From assembly GCA_963841435.1 (NCBI GenBank), contig CAWJCS010000003.1:1120001-1184000 (forward strand): DNA of 64,000 nucleotides, given 5' to 3'. The translations under genes were made by a program, and so were the position numbers. A model generated the notes under the pieces. That model ran no database searches. It was not told the origin of the DNA and saw only the letters and a list, made by a program, of their open reading frames with translations. Shown piece after piece: positions 59,298-64,000 of this stretch; position 1 is the stretch's first letter; each line of letters opens with the position of its first letter. Source of the DNA: an uncultured delta proteobacterium (GTDB lineage Bacteria; Myxococcota_A; Polyangia; Polyangiales; Polyangiaceae).

Positions 59298-59927
59298 ATG
59301 TTGCTCATCGGACAGTACGATTCGCCCTTCGTGCGCCGCGCCGCGGTCGCCCTGAAGCTCTACGACATGCCGTACGAGCATCGCCCCTGGTCAACGTGGG
59401 CCGACGCCGAGCGCATCGCCGAGCTGAGCCCGCTCGGCCGAGTGCCCGTGCTCGTGCTCGACGACGGCGAAGCGCTGTTGGATAGCGCGTCGATCCTCGA
59501 CTTTCTCGACGGCGAGGTCGGCCCCGAGCGCGCGCTCTGCCCCGCGCGGGGGCCCGAGCAACGTCTCTCGCTCTACGTCGCCGCGCTCGCGACGGGCCTC
59601 GCCGACAAGGCCGTTTCGCTCTTCTACGAGAGGCTCCTGCACCCGACGGTATCGGACACCTGGGTCGCTCGCTGTAGCGGCCAGATCGAGCGGACGCTGT
59701 CGACGCTCGAGAGCGACCGAGCCCGACAGACGACACCATACTGGCTCGGCACGAGCATCGGCCACGCGGACATCGCCGTCGCGTGCGCGCTCAGGTTCAC
59801 GAGCGAGGCCCACCCGGGGCACTTCGATCTGGAGCGCTACCCGGCGCTCGCCGAGCACGCCGCGCGCTGCGAAACGCTCGCGGCGTTCCGTGCCGTGGTA
59901 CAGCCGTTCCTCGTGAAGACGGCGTGA
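59298..59927 (+). CDS. Glutathione S-transferase family protein
   Basis: 'SPFVRR', 'SPLGRVPVL', 'DSASI' and 'ADIA'. Confidence 0.88.
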   Translation: MLLIGQYDSPFVRRAAVALKLYDMPYEHRPWSTWADAERIAELSPLGRVPVLVLDDGEALLDSASILDFLDGEVGPERALCPARGPEQRLSLYVAALATGLADKAVSLFYERLLHPTVSDTWVARCSGQIERTLSTLESDRARQTTPYWLGTSIGHADIAVACALRFTSEAHPGHFDLERYPALAEHAARCETLAAFRAVVQPFLVKTA

Positions 59928-59994
59928 AACGGCTCTACCGCCGACGGGGCTTGCGACGGCGGCTATAGCTTTGGCACCCTGCGCCCGAACTTTC

Positions 59995-61017
59995 ATGCTT
60001 GGCGAGCAACCCACCCTCGACATTTCCGTCGTCGTCCCCGTCTACAACGAGGAGGAAAGCTTGCCGCACCTGGTGTCGGAGCTGCACGCCGCGCTCCGCC
60101 CGCTCGGTCGGAGCTACGAGCTCGTGCTCGTTGACGACGGCTCGCGCGACTCGAGCTTCGCGTTGCTCGAGCGCATGGCCGACAGCGACCCGGCGCTGAA
60201 CATCCTGCAATTTCGGCGTAACTTCGGGCAGACCGCAGCCATGCAGGCCGGCATCGACGCCGCGCGTGGCCGGCGCATCGTCACGATGGACGCCGATCTG
60301 CAGAACGATCCGGCCGACATCCCCAAGCTCCTCGCCAAGCTCGACGAGGGCTACGACCTCGTGGCCGGCTGGCGCAAGGACCGCAAGGACCCCTTCCTCA
60401 GCAGGCGCCTGCCGTCGATCCTCGCCAACAAGCTCATCGCCGCCGCGACCAAGGTCAAGCTCCACGACAACGGCTGCACGCTCAGGGCCATGACGTCGGA
60501 AGTTGCCAAGGATCTGCGCCTGTACGGCGAGATGCACCGCTTCATCGCCGCCGTCGCGACGTGGGTCGGGGCGCGGATCGTCGAGGTCCCCGTCAATCAC
60601 CGCGCGCGGCGCTACGGTCATTCCAAGTACGGCATCGGTCGCACGTTGCGCGTCGTGCTCGACCTCATCACCGTGCGCTTCATCCAGTCGTATCTCACGC
60701 GCCCCATGCAGGTTTTCGGCCTCGCGGGTCTCGCGAGCCTCGGGCTCGGCACGCTGACGTGCGCGTGGCTCGCCCTGGAAAAGCTCGCCTTTCACGCCAG
60801 CCTCTCCGATCGACCGCTGCTCCTGCTCGGCGTGCTGCTGATCGTCGTGGGGCTGCAGCTCTTGTCGCTCGGGCTCGTCGCCGACGTCGTGTCGCGCACG
60901 TACCACGAGTCACAGAACAAGCGGCCGTACTACGTGCGCACGCACCGCGTGGGCGCGGGTGCGACGGGACCAGTCGCCGCGCCACTGCCGTCGCCCGCCC
61001 AGCACGTGACGGGCTGA
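59995..61017 (+). CDS. GT2 polyprenol-phosphate glycosyltransferase (ArnC/GtrB-like)
   Basis: 'VVPVYNEE', 'VDDGSRD', 'RNFGQTAA', 'MDADLQNDP' and two C-terminal TM helices. Confidence 0.9.
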   Translation: MLGEQPTLDISVVVPVYNEEESLPHLVSELHAALRPLGRSYELVLVDDGSRDSSFALLERMADSDPALNILQFRRNFGQTAAMQAGIDAARGRRIVTMDADLQNDPADIPKLLAKLDEGYDLVAGWRKDRKDPFLSRRLPSILANKLIAAATKVKLHDNGCTLRAMTSEVAKDLRLYGEMHRFIAAVATWVGARIVEVPVNHRARRYGHSKYGIGRTLRVVLDLITVRFIQSYLTRPMQVFGLAGLASLGLGTLTCAWLALEKLAFHASLSDRPLLLLGVLLIVVGLQLLSLGLVADVVSRTYHESQNKRPYYVRTHRVGAGATGPVAAPLPSPAQHVTG

Positions 61018-61066
61018 CGCCGGCACCCCGGTCGTTCGAGGGCGATGCGCGGGTGCCCGGCGGGCA

Positions 61067-61465
61067 CTAGCCGACGAACGGACCGCAGTGCATGGCCGAC
61101 AGGTGGCAAGTGTAGGTGTCGGGGTCGGGGCAGTCGTCGGCGACGGTGCACGAGCACGCGTCGATGGGAACGCAGTCGCCGTAGCAGCTGCCTTCGACGC
61201 TCGGCACCTGCAGGGCAGGGCAGCTCGGAGGCGAGCGTTAACAGGTGACGACGCTGGTGTCACAGCTCGTCGTGGCTCCCGCGGTGCCGCCCGAAGCCGT
61301 TCCCGCGGTGCCGCCCGAGCCGGCAAGCGGCGCGCCGGAGCCGGCGGCACCAACTGGGGACGGGCCGCCGGGGCTCGACTCGCCGCTACAGCCGACGACG
61401 AGCACCATGCCGAAGGCGATCACCCAAGCGGCGCGCGGACCCGGGGCAGCGTGCGCTCGTCGCAT
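61067..61465 (-). pseudogene. Cys-rich lipoprotein interrupted by an in-frame TAA at 61238-61240
   Basis: Lipobox VVGC…SVVTC*RSPPSCPALQVPSVEGSCYGDCVPIDACSC…HCGPFVG* continues in the same frame. Confidence 0.55.
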
Positions 61466-61477
61466 CGAGCCAGCGTA

Positions 61478-63175
61478 TCACGGCCGAAGCTTGGAGAGGT
61501 CGAGCAGCTCGAGGGTTCCCGCGGCGTACACGATGGCACGCTCGGGCGGCGTTTCGAGAAAGAAGCCGCGCGCTTTTCCGGCGTCGAAGGCACGCTCAAT
61601 CTCGGCATCGAACGGCGCGAAATAGTCGGGGCCATGCTCGAGGTAGCGTCGGTCGACGAGCACGTGCGTCACGCCGAAGCGTTCGCCGAGCGCCGCGAGC
61701 GGCGCGGCGTCGCTCGCAAAATACGCCGCAATCAGCGCGCGCATGCGCTCCCGCATGCGATCGGCGTAGCGCACGTGGAACGGCATGTGCGTCTCCCGGG
61801 AGACGAGCACGGCGCGCTTCGATAGGTAGGGGATGCTATCGACCGTCTCACCGGGGAACCCGGCGACGACGGCAGCGACAGGTAGCTTGGCGAGCGCGTC
61901 GTAGAGAGGCTGCTCCCCGCGAGGCACGTGGACGGTGATGCCGGCCCACCCCGAGCCGTGCGCGCCGACGAGCGCGAGCACCGCAAGGACGTACGCCCAC
62001 GGCAGAGCGCGGAGCGCTCGACGCTTCGCGAAGCCTAGCGCAGCGAGCGTCGCGGGGACGCCGAGCAGCGCGACAATCGGCACACCGTAGGCGACGTAAC
62101 GCTCCGGGAGGAACAACCATGGGCTCACGAGGAGCGACAGCGTGTGGCAGACGACGAGGCTCGCTGGGAGCATCGCGAGGCGCAGCGCATCCGGGCGACG
62201 CCGGGCATTCGCGACCCAGCCGAGCGCCGCAAAAATCGCCAGGAGCGAGGCCAAATACGGCGCGCGCTCGCGAACGTCGAGCGCGGGGACGAGCGCCCGC
62301 TCGGCACCGAGCAGCGTCGCCTCGAGGGGTGCGCGCGCAGCGAACGGCAGGGCCGGAAACGGCGGACGGTCGACGGCGTCGAAGCGACCGTTCGGCCCCG
62401 CCTCGGGGTAACGGTCGTAGAGCGCGGGCGTGATGGGGTCGCCGTAGCGGGCGATGCGCACGACGGACGGGAGGAGCAGGAGCCCGGCGGCGAGCGCCGC
62501 GGCCGCAGCGACGACGGCACGCCGGCGCAGCGACCAGCCAGAGGCCGTCCCGCGCGCGCGCGCAGGCAAGAGGAGCAGCCCTACGAGCGAGCCGCCGAGC
62601 ATGAGGCCCGCCATCGGATAGGTCCCCGCGGCGAGCACCGTGAGGGCGGCCAAGAACACGACGCGACCCTCGACGAGGCAGGCGGCGCCCGCGGCGAGCA
62701 GGAGGGGCGCAAACCCGCGCGGCAAGCCCCCGCTCATGCGGGCGAGCAGTAAGGACGATCCGAGAGCGAGAGACAGCGTACCGAGTACGCCCGCAAGACC
62801 GGCGAGTCGATGGGCGGAGAACGCAAGCAGCGCAAGCGTCGCGGCGAGGAGCGCGTACGGAAGGAGCTTACTCAAGAGCTCGACGCCGACCACTCGGCCG
62901 ACGACGACGTAGAACAGATGGTAGAGATCGGGCAGACCCGCGAGGTAGTAGTCGGCGACCTCGTCGTTCGGGAAGAGCCGCGGAGCCTCGATCCGGAACA
63001 GCGGGTAGATGATGACGCGCACGTCGTCGGCGAAGTGGAAGCGGCCGAGCGAAAGGCGAACGTGCTCGAAGAGCGGCCGAGCGTGCATCACGAAAAGCGC
63101 CAGCCCGACGGCCGCCGCGGCCAGAGGGCCCCGAAGCCGCTCGAGGCGCTGCGCGAGCGAGCGGTGCTGTGGCAC
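61478..63175 (-). CDS. Multi-TM membrane protein (GT-C-like)
   Basis: About 12 TM segments, 'FADD' and 'LFPND..ADYY' in the first loop, and a soluble C-terminal 'GVTHVLVD'. Confidence 0.6.
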   Translation of the reverse strand: MPQHRSLAQRLERLRGPLAAAAVGLALFVMHARPLFEHVRLSLGRFHFADDVRVIIYPLFRIEAPRLFPNDEVADYYLAGLPDLYHLFYVVVGRVVGVELLSKLLPYALLAATLALLAFSAHRLAGLAGVLGTLSLALGSSLLLARMSGGLPRGFAPLLLAAGAACLVEGRVVFLAALTVLAAGTYPMAGLMLGGSLVGLLLLPARARGTASGWSLRRRAVVAAAAALAAGLLLLPSVVRIARYGDPITPALYDRYPEAGPNGRFDAVDRPPFPALPFAARAPLEATLLGAERALVPALDVRERAPYLASLLAIFAALGWVANARRRPDALRLAMLPASLVVCHTLSLLVSPWLFLPERYVAYGVPIVALLGVPATLAALGFAKRRALRALPWAYVLAVLALVGAHGSGWAGITVHVPRGEQPLYDALAKLPVAAVVAGFPGETVDSIPYLSKRAVLVSRETHMPFHVRYADRMRERMRALIAAYFASDAAPLAALGERFGVTHVLVDRRYLEHGPDYFAPFDAEIERAFDAGKARGFFLETPPERAIVYAAGTLELLDLSKLRP

Positions 63176-63235
63176 GCGGCGAAGCCTATAACACGATTGT
63201 CGCGGGTTTGACGCCGCGCTAGTACGGCGTCCCGT

Positions 63236-64000
63236 ATGCTCGAGCGGCTCTCGCGCCATTTCAAGCTCGGCGTCCGCTCGCTCTTCGTGCTCTCGGTGCT
63301 CGTCGGCGCGCTCGTCGTGTTCGCGCGCATCGTCGACGAGCACTACCCCATCGACGAGTGGCTGTTCTGGCGGTTCGCGGCCTACTGGGTTTGCTCGGCC
63401 GCGTGGCTCGTGGGTGTGCTCGGCGTCGGGCAGCTCACCGTGACGCGGCTCTTTCGCCTCGAGCTGCCGCTCCACGAGACGACCGTCATTGCCGTGGCCG
63501 TCGGACTGTTCGAGTTCGAGCTCGCGATGCTCGGCGTGGGCGCCCTGCACGGCTTCCAACCCGCGACCTTCGGGCTGGTTCCGCTCGTGTTCCTCGCGGG
63601 CGGATACCGCGGCGCGCAGTCGCTGTTCGCGCGGTTTCGCGCGCTGTTCGAGCGGCGGCGGCCGACGCTCGGCGCGCTCGAGCTCGCCGCTGTCGCCTTC
63701 GGCCTGCTCGTCTTCGCACTGATCTACTTCGCGATGCTCACGCCCGAGAACGTGCAGTTCGACTCGCGCTGGAAGCACATGTCGCTCGCCGAGGACTGGG
63801 TCGCGTATGGCGGGCTCCGACGACAGGCTGAGGGCTGGCTCTTCGCGGCGCGGCCGCACATGACGAGCCTGCTGTTCAGCTGGGCGTTTCTCCTGCCCGG
63901 CGCCCGCCTGTTCGACAAGATGCTGCTCTGTGCCCACCTCGAGCTCGTCATCTTCATGGTGACGACGCTCGTCGGCATCCCCGCACTCGTGCGCCGACTC
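63236..64000 (+). CDS. Multi-TM membrane protein (GT-C-like), truncated by the window end
   Basis: ATG 63236 (MLERLSRHFKLGVRSLFVLSVLVG…) is open to the end of the window; hydrophobic helices and 'FDSRWKH'. Confidence 0.65.
   Translation, partial: MLERLSRHFKLGVRSLFVLSVLVGALVVFARIVDEHYPIDEWLFWRFAAYWVCSAAWLVGVLGVGQLTVTRLFRLELPLHETTVIAVAVGLFEFELAMLGVGALHGFQPATFGLVPLVFLAGGYRGAQSLFARFRALFERRRPTLGALELAAVAFGLLVFALIYFAMLTPENVQFDSRWKHMSLAEDWVAYGGLRRQAEGWLFAARPHMTSLLFSWAFLLPGARLFDKMLLCAHLELVIFMVTTLVGIPALVRRL

Noticed and set aside
61238-61240. Stop-codon recoding (Sec/Pyl) in the Cys-rich lipoprotein
   Set aside because: The stop is TAA, not TGA or TAG; a base error or nonsense mutation is more likely.
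63176-63937. N-terminal extension of the 819-aa minus-strand ORF
   Set aside because: It is the antisense of a hydrophobic + strand gene starting at 63236; the real start is about 63175.

Overview
High-GC (roughly 70%) bacterial window. The many Gly/Cys-rich lipoproteins, DUF1592/DUF1552 pairs and the ECF-FecR/TPR triad suggest a myxobacterium (Polyangiaceae-like); this is inferred, not proven. From left to right: (1) a DcaP-like porin and a first DUF1592/DUF1552 pair; (2) an MBOAT / small DltX-like peptide / SGNH O-acylation cassette; (3) USP, gabD-puuR and GNAT-nitrilase genes; (4) secreted proteins, including a cutinase/PETase-fold lipoprotein and a 1389-aa propeller-HYR-RTX-CBM2 protein; (5) a ~7.2 kb decayed integrative island in tRNA-Leu(TAG), with a 54-bp att duplication, arm-type repeats, an integrase remnant, AbiE toxin-antitoxin and unknown genes; (6) rluA and a PhyH-Rieske fusion; (7) a ~14 kb co-oriented polysaccharide locus with two paralogous non-TonB outer-membrane barrels interleaved with CBM11-like lipoproteins, two GH5 enzymes, a CE2-like esterase and a second DUF1592/DUF1552 pair, next to an ECF sigma/anti-sigma module; (8) aguBA, TetR-SDR-GST, a GT2 and membrane glycosylation genes. 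About ten single-base frameshifts in otherwise intact genes look like long-read assembly errors. All family calls come from motif recognition by eye; no database searches were run.
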